From the IMG/VR virus record IMGVR_UViG_3300028549_001457, positions 1-64,000 of that record: a DNA stretch of 64,000 bases; one strand, written 5' to 3'. The first letter of the stretch is position 1, and every line of letters starts with the position of its first letter. Below are positions 46,211 to 56,773 of this stretch, piece by piece. The notes beneath the pieces were generated by a model, which searched no databases, was not told where the DNA came from, and saw nothing but the letters and a program-made list of their open reading frames with translations. The position numbers were made by a program, and so were the translations under genes. This stretch comes from a virus (lineage: Duplodnaviria > Caudoviricetes).

Positions 46211-47545
46211 TTGGATATATTCACTCCAAATCCTTTAAGTCTACAGCTCATTCCCGCATGGGATAGCCAAGCTGTAGATTTAGTTTGGAAGGTTAGTAAA
46301 GATCCACTAGTAGTGGGCTATCATGTTTGGAGAGCGCAAAATGCGCCTTCCAACTTCGTAAAAATTACAGATATCCCCCTTCAGACACCTTTCTTTAGGG
46401 ATGTTACCAGGATTCTCCCTGCAACGGATGTTCCCACCCAATGGGTGAGCCCACCCAATTCAGGCAATGGCGTTATAGCTGTTCGTGCCAGCAAAGTCCC
46501 TTTAGTGCGCCCCTCATTGGATTCTGCCAATAAACCTATGCTAGCCTCGGCAATGGACGTCCGTGTGTTTGAGGCAGGTTCCCCAGGTTCCCCCTATCAG
46601 ATTGAGAGAGTCGATCCTCATTCAGGTTTAATTATGTTTGGCAGTCGCTCGATACTCAATGAGTCCTGCGATTTTAGAGAGGCGGTTCCCACCCCTGTAA
46701 GCCTAGGAGAGCTAACCATTAATTACTTTTACGTAGATAGGTTCACTGACTCAATGTTTGGGCGTGATCTTTACTACAAAGTGGTCGAGGTTTTTGCAGA
46801 TGGGTCCGAGGGAGATCTGAGCGCCTACCCTCCGATATCCAATTTAAGCCTCGATCCAGGCGATATTTTCTGGCGTGAGGCTATGCGTAGAAATCGTTTT
46901 ATCTTTGAACAGGTTGGTGAGCCTGCATACGTGCTTCTGCGAAAATCAACTGGAAAGTTATGCTCTTGCGTGGATACGGACACCTTGAAACCCCGAACTA
47001 CATGTATGGCTTGTTGGGGGGTTGGGTATGAAGGTGGGTATGACGGGCCGTATCCCATTACGTTTACTCCTCCAAATGCAGCATCCCATACCAAACAAGG
47101 GCCAGATGGTCGATTTAAGACACGGTCTGCCCAGTCTTTTATTGGACCCTCTCCCATATTATCTTCTGGCGACCTCCTGTTTAGATTTACGGGGGAGCGG
47201 CTAGTCGTTCTAGATGTGGAACGAACTTCCGTTAGGGGTACCACCCTCCAGCAAACTTACACAGCGGATTTAATTAATCCCGCTGATTTTAGGAATAAAA
47301 TTCAAATAACTAATAAAAACTACCCAATTATTGCTATAAGTACGGATAGACCGGCCCCTAGAAATACGGATAACTCATTCGAAGACCCCATTCCCGCGAA
47401 TATTTCTTTACTTGAGGGTGTTTCTTCTATAGAAGTCTCTGATCCAGCGCTCGATTCTACACAAATTGAAAATCAAATACCTGGGAATCTTAGAGAGAAT
47501 ACCCTTCCTTCCGTGTCCCCCGTGTTTGAAAATTGGTCTTTTTGA
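46211..47545 (+). CDS. Putative neck/head-closure protein
   Basis: N-terminal FN3-like strand (LVW...GYHVWRA); R.N.FIFEQVGE...LRK..G..CSC...C..CWG.GY.GGY.GP. Confidence 0.6.
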   Translation: MDIFTPNPLSLQLIPAWDSQAVDLVWKVSKDPLVVGYHVWRAQNAPSNFVKITDIPLQTPFFRDVTRILPATDVPTQWVSPPNSGNGVIAVRASKVPLVRPSLDSANKPMLASAMDVRVFEAGSPGSPYQIERVDPHSGLIMFGSRSILNESCDFREAVPTPVSLGELTINYFYVDRFTDSMFGRDLYYKVVEVFADGSEGDLSAYPPISNLSLDPGDIFWREAMRRNRFIFEQVGEPAYVLLRKSTGKLCSCVDTDTLKPRTTCMACWGVGYEGGYDGPYPITFTPPNAASHTKQGPDGRFKTRSAQSFIGPSPILSSGDLLFRFTGERLVVLDVERTSVRGTTLQQTYTADLINPADFRNKIQITNKNYPIIAISTDRPAPRNTDNSFEDPIPANISLLEGVSSIEVSDPALDSTQIENQIPGNLRENTLPSVSPVFENWSF

Positions 47546-47552
47546 GGTTCCC

Positions 47553-48638
47553 ATGACTTACTTTGACGAAGATGCTCTTTATGAAGCTCGTCAGACAGCT
47601 TATGATTGGCACGGGGGGCAGTGGTCCCCCTTGTATTCATTTGCCTCTAGTGGCACAATCACATCCAAGGGCTCTCTCTTAGGTGAGATTGATAGTTGTA
47701 TTGCTTCGGCTACAATGCGTCCAGAACACTTTGATTCTAACGAACTCATAAAATTGCAGGAGTTACGGGCTTTTGTTGAATCGTCCCCCGAGACAGATGA
47801 GGATTCAGATGAGAGCGCCCCATCAAAGTCTGTTACAGGGTCCCTTCATGATGCTGAGGTTTCTGTTCCAGTAGTTTCAAAAGCTCTCACCATTTTAAGT
47901 GATGAAGTTCTCCCAGCGCTGCAGACAAATCCTACTTTTAGTAAGTATATGCCAAGGCTTACTACTCTTAAAAATAGACTCGCGCTGGCGTTATCTGTTG
48001 TTTCTGAAAACGAGGACGTTTTCACCCCCGAGGAGCAACGTTCTTTTGAGCCACTTGTAGAGGCTGTTCTAATATTAAGGCAGGCCCTCCGAGCCAAACA
48101 AAAACCCACTTCGCCCATGGTGGAGGATGTCATTCATGGCTTTCATGACGTCTACGTGGCTGCTGTCCGTCGATTACAGGCTTCCTTACCCACCCCCGAG
48201 CGATTTAGAACGGCTTCTAAAAAGGTTTCTATGAATCAGGAAGATTTCATCCAAGATACTCCCAAGATCCTGGGTACGCCAGGGAAGGACCCAGACACTA
48301 CTAATTTCTTTGATGATCGTGAACTCTTTAGAAAATTTTATTCTCAATTTTATGAGGGAGCTGTCCTGATTGCCGATGACGGGACCTATTATCAAGTGCT
48401 AGAGCTAGTGACTACTTCGGGTAACTTTGTTGCAATGATGCAGGATGTTCTTCACCCTCAAATTGTATTTACCATTAGCGTTAATGATCTAGTCGCCCAC
48501 ACCTGGAAGTGGGTATCTCCTTTTGATGTGGTGGTTAACCCAGATCTAGCTCCCAGTCAGGTTTCTTCTATTGCTGATCTTGTGTCCGTAGGCGATCTTG
48601 AGAAACCAGAAATTCCAGAACGCTGGCTATCCTATTAG
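47553..48638 (+). CDS. Modular hypothetical protein, putative internal head protein
   Basis: AYDWHGGQWSPLYSFASSG module; RTASKK linker; GAGG RBS before ATG 47553. Confidence 0.55.
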   Translation: MTYFDEDALYEARQTAYDWHGGQWSPLYSFASSGTITSKGSLLGEIDSCIASATMRPEHFDSNELIKLQELRAFVESSPETDEDSDESAPSKSVTGSLHDAEVSVPVVSKALTILSDEVLPALQTNPTFSKYMPRLTTLKNRLALALSVVSENEDVFTPEEQRSFEPLVEAVLILRQALRAKQKPTSPMVEDVIHGFHDVYVAAVRRLQASLPTPERFRTASKKVSMNQEDFIQDTPKILGTPGKDPDTTNFFDDRELFRKFYSQFYEGAVLIADDGTYYQVLELVTTSGNFVAMMQDVLHPQIVFTISVNDLVAHTWKWVSPFDVVVNPDLAPSQVSSIADLVSVGDLEKPEIPERWLSY

Positions 48639-48654
48639 TATTTATTTAACAATG

Positions 48655-48687
48655 AAAAGTGGCTCTCTTTTAAAGGGGGCCACTTTT
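48655..48687. terminator. Intrinsic terminator
   Basis: AAAAGTGGCTCTC / GGGGGCCACTTTT. Confidence 0.75.
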
Positions 48688-48758
48688 ATTTTTGTATCTA
48701 TTTAAGGGTTCTTTAATGGTATATCCCAGAAGTTGTTCCGTTTTTTGTTTTTGATAGT

Positions 48759-49856
48759 ATGTCCAACCTATTCATCCTTGACTCTTCGACTATGCCCGTA
48801 GCATTGTTGGGGGGCTTACAGAAGGGAATCAATATGTCTTCAAATTTTAAACAGGGTCGCGGCCTAGATGTAGGGACTGGGCTTATTATTGCTGCTTCTG
48901 GCAACCCTCAGGGGATCGCCTACCGCGAGTTTAGAAATGCCTATGTAGCCATTCCCGACGAGAATAGGGCGATGCTTGAATTGACAGGGACCCCCTTTAT
49001 TGAAGTTGGGGATCAGGTTTTTGCTGTAGGGGATGATGCAGTTGATTTGGCTTTCAATACCCACGCTGAAATCCATCGACCCATGGCCAAGGGGCTAATT
49101 CACCCTAGCGATATAAAAGCCAAGCCTGTGCTAACAGCTATCTTCGACGCACTTCTTGGAGCCCCCGTTAAATCTGGAGAACCTGTATTCTTCTCAACTC
49201 CAGCAGATCCTGAGGGGTCCTCTGGGGCTAATATTTATCACTCTAAATTAATTAGTGAGATTCTTCTGAATATGGGTTTTGACCCCAAGCCTGTTATTGA
49301 GGGGGTGGCTGTTTGTTATGCAGAAGGCCGAGAGGATAAGTTTACTGCGCTAACTATCAGTTGGGGGGCAGGCATGTGCAACGTTGCCCTTTGCTACAAA
49401 TCCCTCCCCGTCTTTACACTTTCTGTTGCTCAAGGTGGTGACTGGATTGATGCTCAGTCTGCCAAAGCTTCTGGAGTTCCCACTCAGGATATCACTGTTT
49501 TGAAAGAACAGGGTGTCATAGATGTTTCAACAGGCCTGTGCTTGAGTGATCTAACAGATCAACAGAAACGGGAAGCTGAGGCAATCAGTACCCACTATGA
49601 ACATCTCGTAAGAACCGTAATTCAGACCATTAAGGTTTTTATTGAGTCTAATCCCACACGCCGTGTTAATATCCCTGAAGTTCCTATTATTCTTTCTGGT
49701 GGGACCGCCAAAGCTGTGAACTTTCAAAAGTTGTTCGAGCGTGTTTGGGCAGAATGTAATATGCCTTTAAATGCAAAGTCCTTTAGACTGGCTGAGCCCG
49801 TTCAACATGCTGTTGCAAAGGGACTCTTTCTATATAGCCAGTTGCAGAAACGATAA
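48759..49856 (+). CDS. Actin-fold (MreB/ParM/FtsA-superfamily) ATPase; start may be ATG 48834
   Basis: GLDVGTG (phosphate 1), EGVA (connect 1), SWGAGMCN (phosphate 2), GGDWID, ILSGGTA (adenosine), AVAKG (connect 2). Confidence 0.85.
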   Translation: MSNLFILDSSTMPVALLGGLQKGINMSSNFKQGRGLDVGTGLIIAASGNPQGIAYREFRNAYVAIPDENRAMLELTGTPFIEVGDQVFAVGDDAVDLAFNTHAEIHRPMAKGLIHPSDIKAKPVLTAIFDALLGAPVKSGEPVFFSTPADPEGSSGANIYHSKLISEILLNMGFDPKPVIEGVAVCYAEGREDKFTALTISWGAGMCNVALCYKSLPVFTLSVAQGGDWIDAQSAKASGVPTQDITVLKEQGVIDVSTGLCLSDLTDQQKREAEAISTHYEHLVRTVIQTIKVFIESNPTRRVNIPEVPIILSGGTAKAVNFQKLFERVWAECNMPLNAKSFRLAEPVQHAVAKGLFLYSQLQKR

Positions 49857-49873
49857 CCAATTTGATTATCTAG

Positions 49874-49906
49874 AAAAAGCACCCCTTTTTACAGGGGTGC
49901 TTTTTT
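49874..49906. terminator. Intrinsic terminator
   Basis: AAAAAGCACCCC / GGGGTGCTTTTT. Confidence 0.85.
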
Positions 49907-49970
49907 CTGTAGTCCCTGCAACCCACGTAGCCCCACCTACGGTAGAAAACCCTTTATGTAGGAGTCCTTC

Positions 49971-51551
49971 GTGCCCATTTTTTTGGATCAAACGCTTAGA
50001 AAAGCATTATTATCTAAAATACGAGACTCTTTTGGTCGAGACGAAGGTTTGGCAGGTAGGGTTCGTGTATTGGATCAGGAAACCTTTCTCCCAGAAGCCG
50101 AGAATCAAGTTATTATGACGGATCTTCAGGTTGCAAATGAGTCCCTCGACGCTTCCAATAGAGTTACTGAGCTATCTGGCAGAGTTACCTTTGCCCCTCT
50201 TACCCGGCCAGACACATCGTTTCTTTTCTGGGCTCAAGAAAACCCAGAAGAACCCCAAATTATGGATCACGGGTTTTATGAGTTAACCCTTCATAAGGTG
50301 GCTTTACAGACACCCTCCCCCTCTGCCCCAGACACTTCCTGGGAACTTCAGGTAGAGGCAATTAAGCGAGTTACCGAAAAGCGTCAGCCGTGGTCAGGTC
50401 TTAGGATAGTGTTAGGACCCTCCGTAGATCTATCTACAGTGTCTATGTCCGATTTAACTATTCGTCAAAGTGTCATCACCCTGGAACCTCACACGGATTT
50501 TTCCCTGGTCTCTGACACCCTGTATCTAAAACGATATGACCCACATACGTATATTTTATACAAGGGTGTTGATATTACAGATGAGTGCAGCTTTCTTGAA
50601 CTGGTATCTAACGAGTTGACATTTACCACAATAGCTCCTCCCATACAGTTGCCCGAGGGCGTTTGTTTAGAATCCGTTTCCGTGTTCAATCTTACTCTTA
50701 ACAGGCCCCTCTCTAAGGGCTGGAGTGTTACTCAAAGCGGTAAGCTTATTTGGGATCTCCCCACACATAGAGGAACCTCTGTTCTCATCCAATATTACCA
50801 GAAAACCCCTCTTAGAATGTGGGATTTGCCCAAAGAATTTCAGTTTCCATTAGAGTCCACCCCACTAACCTATTCCACAGGTAAGTCTTCTCTTCTAGTT
50901 GTCTCCAATTTGCGCGGTGCCCTGGATCCTTCCACCTACGAGATCCGCAACCTAGTATTGCGTATTTTAGAACCTCTTCCTAATGAAGCACTTACTGTAG
51001 ATTATAGATTCCATTTTAAATCTCTAGGTCAGTTCCGGGTGGATCCAGCTAGCATTACCTGTCAGATAATCCCTGGCATCAGCCTAACGTTTACGGACAA
51101 CTTTTCTGATGGCGACAGAGCCGTTGTAATTAAACATGATCAGGTAAAAAACATAGGGCAAGAGAATGGTGGGACCAATAAGGTTGAGCTATCTCTAAAA
51201 TTGAGGTCCGCTGATGACCTAACACTTGAGAGAATGACCGCCAGGGTTTTCTTTTTATTTACAGACCAAATAAGTTTATTTGAGTTAACTAACCAAGGGG
51301 TTAGTCTAGAGAACTCAGTTTCCTACGCACGTTCTTATGAAGAGCGTGATGGCAACGCTGATAAGTGGGCTGTAAATACCTTTAGGTTGACCATTCATCA
51401 TACTTGGAGATATCTCATCCCCTATGTTTCAGATTTAAACACCCTAGATTTAGCCACAGGTTTCATTGAAGTTTCCGGGGATACTGGTGCTCCAACCTTT
51501 AGGGAGTTAATTGTTTCAACCACAAAAGATTCATGGATTCAGGCTTACTAG
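49971..51551 (+). CDS. Putative tail-completion/terminator-like structural protein
   Basis: Position before the sheath gene; beta-rich insertions. Confidence 0.45.
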   Translation: MPIFLDQTLRKALLSKIRDSFGRDEGLAGRVRVLDQETFLPEAENQVIMTDLQVANESLDASNRVTELSGRVTFAPLTRPDTSFLFWAQENPEEPQIMDHGFYELTLHKVALQTPSPSAPDTSWELQVEAIKRVTEKRQPWSGLRIVLGPSVDLSTVSMSDLTIRQSVITLEPHTDFSLVSDTLYLKRYDPHTYILYKGVDITDECSFLELVSNELTFTTIAPPIQLPEGVCLESVSVFNLTLNRPLSKGWSVTQSGKLIWDLPTHRGTSVLIQYYQKTPLRMWDLPKEFQFPLESTPLTYSTGKSSLLVVSNLRGALDPSTYEIRNLVLRILEPLPNEALTVDYRFHFKSLGQFRVDPASITCQIIPGISLTFTDNFSDGDRAVVIKHDQVKNIGQENGGTNKVELSLKLRSADDLTLERMTARVFFLFTDQISLFELTNQGVSLENSVSYARSYEERDGNADKWAVNTFRLTIHHTWRYLIPYVSDLNTLDLATGFIEVSGDTGAPTFRELIVSTTKDSWIQAY

Positions 51552-51560
51552 GAGGACACC

Positions 51561-51926
51561 TTGCCCCTGATCGAATTCATTTGCCCTCAATGTAGTCTAG
51601 CTTGGGCTCATAGGTCCCCAACTATTTCTAGTGAACATAATACCCAGGTTTGCAAAAGGTGTGGAGCTACTGTAGCAAGACAGGGGCTTCCTTCCTCTCT
51701 TGCTATTCAAAGGGCCGGGACAGCATCTGCTACTACGGACCATATTGTTGGACAAGATGCCGCTCAACGCTGGGATGAGTTCCATGGGAAAAAAGAGGCT
51801 AGGGACTCCATCCGTAAAGAACTAGGGACACAGGCACTCTCCCAGACCTCTGATGGGACGTTTACGGCTGCTTCCCAAGAGCGTCTACAAACGCGCAAGC
51901 AAGCATATAAATTCCTAAATGAATAA
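51561..51926 (+). CDS. Zinc-ribbon protein (FmdB-like)
   Basis: MPLIEFICPQC...CKRCG; GGAGG RBS. Confidence 0.7.
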   Translation: MPLIEFICPQCSLAWAHRSPTISSEHNTQVCKRCGATVARQGLPSSLAIQRAGTASATTDHIVGQDAAQRWDEFHGKKEARDSIRKELGTQALSQTSDGTFTAASQERLQTRKQAYKFLNE

Positions 51927-51996
51927 TTTTCCTTTATTAGAATGACTCGATGAGTCTGAGTGCCCCGCCCTCTATCTTAACTTTAGGAGCTTTAAT

Positions 51997-54900
51997 ATGG
52001 CCAGTAACCTACCTGCAGGGTATAATCCTCCAAGTGTCTTCACACAGACCTCCATTGATTTTGCCCAGCCCATTGTCTACGGAAACAACAAGACCGTAAC
52101 TATCATTGGTGTGGCTGATGAGACTAAGTCAGCGGTTGCTGTTGAAATGATTCGTGGATCGAGTTCCACCCTTGACAACCCCATTTATGGTTATGATGTG
52201 TCCTCGGATGTTACTGGGACCAACGCAACGTTCCAAGTCAGACCCTTCCCTATCGTGGATGGAACTGGGGTTGGGAGAGTCACCAAGGATCCTACGTCAG
52301 TTACTGTGTATGTTAATGGTGAGATCGCTAATGTAGTGTCCGTAGATGGTGCGATGGGTCTTATCACCCTCCAGACACCTCCCATGCTGAATGACATTGT
52401 AACCATTAATTACTACTTCAAGAAGAAGGATACCTTTATTTCTGGTGAGGATCTTTCTTCAGCGGTTCCTGTGTCAGCCAAGCTAACCCAGGCTCTTACA
52501 TCAGGCGCAAACCCCACTACGCTACACCTCTCCCTGACTAACCCCGGCCCCATGAGTAATTATATTTCATCAACCGGGAAGGGTGTCTCAATTCTCTTTA
52601 GGAATACCAGCGTTGGGTCTGGGGTTAACAACGCCGTGCAGGGTAATGGTACGGACACCCTTACTATTGATGTGCGTAATGCCCCGGTAGCCCCCGCCAC
52701 TGAAGGGACCATTCGTACAGCTAGCGAGTTAGTTGCATTAATCAATACTTATGCCTTTACCCTTTCTGGGGGTCAGGTTATCGCTTCTTATACTGGGAGC
52801 AACCTCCAGGTTGATCCTGCGGTTCTAAGCGCTACTGCGGTTGGGTTTGCTGGCGGTATCGGCCAGTCTTCCGCTAAGGTCTTCCAGGTAGAAAACCTCC
52901 CCATAGTTGATGGCACCAACGGGGGTATCACTACTACTACCGCAGCTCACATTAGCGCCTATGTAAACTCACATCAGGTGGTTGTAAAATCCGTAGATGG
53001 CATTACTGGCCTCTTCACGCTAGAAAACCCAGTCCCTGAGGGTGCCACTCTGACCGTGGATTATTACACCAATACTTACCGAGATACAGCAGATACACTC
53101 CCCTATAAGGATGCCATCAGTGTGCAGCAGTGTGGTTTTAGCGCACGAGGTATTGATTTCATTGCTGATTCTGATTTTGTGTTAGCAAATGATACGATTC
53201 ATTGGGGTAACTCTGCGGTAGTTTCTTCGGTATCTACAACCTCTACCTACACACCCTTTGGACCTAAGATCACCACTCAGGTATACGATAACAAAGTTTA
53301 CCTCGTTAAAACGTCCCAGGGTGCTTGTGATGGTCAGAATATCGTCTTCACACTACCCTCTCCCCCCATGGACGGGGCTGGTAATGGCATCGTAACCGAT
53401 GACCCCGAGAAGATCGTTGCGTATGTTGGTGTTGATGCCTACCATGCGTATCAGAATGGCCCCGTGGCTGTTATTCGGGTTACCGGAGCTACCTCGCAGT
53501 TTATGCTGCAGAGCGCACCTCCTGCAAATACCAACGTGTATGTAACCTACTACGAGTCTCTGATCAATGATGCTACTATCACGCTCACTTGCGTGGCATC
53601 AGGTCCTGCCCAAATCGGAACCTACACCGCAGTCTCCTCTAAGGGGGCCGTGCTTGGGTATTCCATCGACCAGAACGTTTCTAATGCCGATTTTGGACTT
53701 TCCTCATTGATTTTCCCAAACTCTGGCCGTGCTGATCTCATGGGTGTTCCAGGATACTCTCCTCAGGAGGTCATTACGCTGACCTTCACGGATTCCTTCA
53801 ACTACACCGTGACATCTGATCTTGGTGCGGCAGGGACCCACGGGACAGGTTGCCTGAACCAGACTTATATTGATGCCCTTACAGGTGTTCGCTTCACCCT
53901 CTTAGATCCTTCTTCGGGTGCCGATCTAACCGCCTTTGGTTGGACAAGCCCTGTTAGCAGCCCCTATGTCTTTGCAGCGGGTGACACCATTACTCTAACC
54001 GGGGTATCTTCTTTCACCACGGGTAATTTTGAGCGGCTCTTCATCCCTGGCGTTAAGATGGTTGTGAGTGATGCGTTGGGTGTGGCTTCTGGGGATACCG
54101 CACAAGTGGCCACTTACAATAAGGCTGGTAATGAGCCTAATATTGGTGACGTATACTATGTGACGTATACATATGCTAAGCCAGCTTCGGCTTATGACCT
54201 CCAAGTATACTTTAGTACTCAGGAGGAGAACGTCTACGCGGATTATGGCTACCCCAGCCCCTCAAACAAGCTTGCTTTAGCCGCTTGGGTGGCATTCCGT
54301 AATGGTGCTAAGGTTGTGGGCCTTCTACAGGTTACCAAGGATTATGGCCTTACAGATGCCAGCGACTCTAAGTATTATGCCGCTTTAACCAAGCTCCAGA
54401 CGCTTTACCCTGGGATGTCCCGCAAGCCTCAGATTATTGTTCCTCTGAATACTTCCCAGAGTTTTATCCCTTACCTCAAGAAGCATGTGGAAACTCAGTC
54501 TTCCATTAAAATGCGTGGGGAGTGCGTTGGGTTCTTTGGCTTCGCTAATAACACAAACCCCTCCACGGTTATCTCTCTTTGTCAGGCAAATAGCTCTGAG
54601 CGCATGGTTGCTGTTTATCCTGATGGTGGTATTATCACTATCACCGATAATTACGGCAATAGTCGTGATGTGGTTGTGGATGGTAGCTTTGTGGCAGTTG
54701 CTGTGGCTTCTCTGTATGGGGATCCTCAGTGGGATGTTGCAACTCCTCGCACCCGTAAGCCCCTGTATGGCTTTAAGAGGCTCTTCCGCCGCCTTGATCC
54801 CAATGTCCTCAATTCAGTGGCTCAGGCAGGTTGCACCCTAGTGGAACAGGTTGGCGTGACTACTCGTGTTCGTCATGCTATCACCACGGACCCCAGCAAT

Positions 54901-55203
54901 GTGCTTTCCGTGCAGCCTAGTGTGACCTTCCTCAAGGACGAAATTCAGGCTGACCTTCGTGATCTCCTTGATCCTTTTGTCGGGAAGAAGTTCCTCAACT
55001 CGGTTCTTACTGATATGAAGTCCAAGATTGTTTCCTACCTTAAATCCAAGATTGACTCCGAGATTATCCAGACCTACGGAACCATCACCGTGTCTCGTGA
55101 TGAGTCTGATTCTCGTATTGCTCGTGTGCAGGCGTCCTACATTCCTGTAGGTGAGCTTACTTATGTCATGTGCGACCTGTTAATAAGGTCCCGTGCAGAG
55201 TAA
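51997..55203 (+). CDS. Tail sheath protein
   Basis: N-terminal YNPPSVFT; C-terminal sheath core (SERMVAVYP...ATP.TRK...GF...AGCTLVE...RVRH.ITTD...F.GKK...YIP). Confidence 0.88.
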   Translation: MASNLPAGYNPPSVFTQTSIDFAQPIVYGNNKTVTIIGVADETKSAVAVEMIRGSSSTLDNPIYGYDVSSDVTGTNATFQVRPFPIVDGTGVGRVTKDPTSVTVYVNGEIANVVSVDGAMGLITLQTPPMLNDIVTINYYFKKKDTFISGEDLSSAVPVSAKLTQALTSGANPTTLHLSLTNPGPMSNYISSTGKGVSILFRNTSVGSGVNNAVQGNGTDTLTIDVRNAPVAPATEGTIRTASELVALINTYAFTLSGGQVIASYTGSNLQVDPAVLSATAVGFAGGIGQSSAKVFQVENLPIVDGTNGGITTTTAAHISAYVNSHQVVVKSVDGITGLFTLENPVPEGATLTVDYYTNTYRDTADTLPYKDAISVQQCGFSARGIDFIADSDFVLANDTIHWGNSAVVSSVSTTSTYTPFGPKITTQVYDNKVYLVKTSQGACDGQNIVFTLPSPPMDGAGNGIVTDDPEKIVAYVGVDAYHAYQNGPVAVIRVTGATSQFMLQSAPPANTNVYVTYYESLINDATITLTCVASGPAQIGTYTAVSSKGAVLGYSIDQNVSNADFGLSSLIFPNSGRADLMGVPGYSPQEVITLTFTDSFNYTVTSDLGAAGTHGTGCLNQTYIDALTGVRFTLLDPSSGADLTAFGWTSPVSSPYVFAAGDTITLTGVSSFTTGNFERLFIPGVKMVVSDALGVASGDTAQVATYNKAGNEPNIGDVYYVTYTYAKPASAYDLQVYFSTQEENVYADYGYPSPSNKLALAAWVAFRNGAKVVGLLQVTKDYGLTDASDSKYYAALTKLQTLYPGMSRKPQIIVPLNTSQSFIPYLKKHVETQSSIKMRGECVGFFGFANNTNPSTVISLCQANSSERMVAVYPDGGIITITDNYGNSRDVVVDGSFVAVAVASLYGDPQWDVATPRTRKPLYGFKRLFRRLDPNVLNSVAQAGCTLVEQVGVTTRVRHAITTDPSNVLSVQPSVTFLKDEIQADLRDLLDPFVGKKFLNSVLTDMKSKIVSYLKSKIDSEIIQTYGTITVSRDESDSRIARVQASYIPVGELTYVMCDLLIRSRAE

Positions 55204-55221
55204 CTAGGTAGTCAATTTTTC

Positions 55222-55255
55222 AATACAAAAGGCCTCAGAAGAGGCCTTTTGTATT
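55222..55255. terminator. Intrinsic terminator after sheath
   Basis: AATACAAAAGGCCTC / GAGGCCTTTTGTATT. Confidence 0.85.
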
Positions 55256-55341
55256 TAGTATTCCCACCAGAGGCTTTAATGCTCACGAAAGTTATTTAAT
55301 TCCTTTCTTTGAATGGGCTGTTTTTCTAGGGGTTCATAAAC

Positions 55342-56745
55342 ATGCGTGATTATTTAGAATTAGACACGACACCTATCGATGAGCCCTGTGCTCAAGTTGG
55401 ATCTGAGGACTACTCTAAAAATGCACGATTAGAGTGTAAAGCTCTGGCCGCACAACTAATTCGCGTCTTTGGGGAGCCCCCTGCGGGAACCTCTTATACG
55501 GTTCGCTCCAATCCGCATGACTTTGGGACCTACCTAGAGCTTGCTATTCGTTTTGATGACGAAGATGAGGTTGGGTCTAACTATGCCTATGAGGTTGAGG
55601 GCAACTTACCTCAGGTCTGGGATGCTGAAGCTAAATCCTTTCTGGCATCTGGGGGCTACTCCGTTAAAGGTGAGTTGGATTCCACGGACTCGCGTTGGGC
55701 GTCTCGAATGGTTCGAAAAGAAGCCTCTCGTATGTCTAGCTATAAGTTAGCAGATTTTGTTGAAGATTTAGGTGATGAAGATCCCTCTGAGTCAGAATAC
55801 ATTGTTTCTAAGACATACGAGGTTGTTACACAAGAATCTGCCGAAGAGGGTGACTTTGCAGATTCGGGGTTTGTTTTTCAAGATGAGCCTATGGATCGCT
55901 CTGATGTGGTGCGTGAGCTTAGGCGTGAGGGATACATCTCTCCTAGTGCTTCCTTCCTAGGGGGGCTGCGCTGGGTGTCAACGGAGCCCGAGCAAGACTA
56001 TTCCGATGGGAGCTACACCACATACTCCCTGCACATTAAAGATATTTCCGGAGACGAATGGAAGTCGCTTCTGGTAGAAGCGGGTCTTTTTAGAAGTATG
56101 GGCATTACTGGGGGATCCAAACGATCTGTCTATGATGACCCCGACCCTATTGAAGAACCCTATAATTATGATACTGACCCTGGACCCTCCTATCCGGGTA
56201 GTAATGTGCAGGCATCTGTGAAGAAGGCTTACGGAGATGATGATGGGTTTAGTGACTATAATGATTATCTAGACGGGGATGACCTGGAGAACCTGGGTCA
56301 ACAGGAATCCTGGGAGCATTCTAGAGCTGAGATGGCAGATGATGACCATGACGAGGAAGTGGAAGAAGATTCTGAGATCCGGGTAGATACGTGGTTTGAA
56401 CGTGATCGCGCTAGTATTGTTGTTTATAAGGGAGATACCGAAATTGCAGAATGGTGGGATGATGACGTTCGCCAGATGTTCGAGGACGGTTTCTTCAACA
56501 ATAGAAATCTAGAGAAATCTGTTATTGATTATTGTAAGTCTGTTGGTATTATTCGAGAACCCAGGAGGTTTGATGAAACCTCGCATTATCGTTCATCATC
56601 CAGATTAGTTTATGAGGATTGTGGGGTCCCTCCAAATACTTCAACAGCTACTATGGACCACAATTCGGAGCTTAGGGCTTTAGCCGCTCAGATCCAATCT
56701 ATGAGTGGAACTTCTTTTAACCCCAATAGTCCTCTCAAGGATTAG
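55342..56745 (+). CDS. Acidic modular protein, putative internal head protein
   Basis: Modules separated by RKEASR, VKKAY, RSSSRL; C-terminal tag shared with next gene. Confidence 0.6.
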   Translation: MRDYLELDTTPIDEPCAQVGSEDYSKNARLECKALAAQLIRVFGEPPAGTSYTVRSNPHDFGTYLELAIRFDDEDEVGSNYAYEVEGNLPQVWDAEAKSFLASGGYSVKGELDSTDSRWASRMVRKEASRMSSYKLADFVEDLGDEDPSESEYIVSKTYEVVTQESAEEGDFADSGFVFQDEPMDRSDVVRELRREGYISPSASFLGGLRWVSTEPEQDYSDGSYTTYSLHIKDISGDEWKSLLVEAGLFRSMGITGGSKRSVYDDPDPIEEPYNYDTDPGPSYPGSNVQASVKKAYGDDDGFSDYNDYLDGDDLENLGQQESWEHSRAEMADDDHDEEVEEDSEIRVDTWFERDRASIVVYKGDTEIAEWWDDDVRQMFEDGFFNNRNLEKSVIDYCKSVGIIREPRRFDETSHYRSSSRLVYEDCGVPPNTSTATMDHNSELRALAAQIQSMSGTSFNPNSPLKD

Positions 56746-56773
56746 ATTTCTTCTTTGGTATAAGGAGCATATT

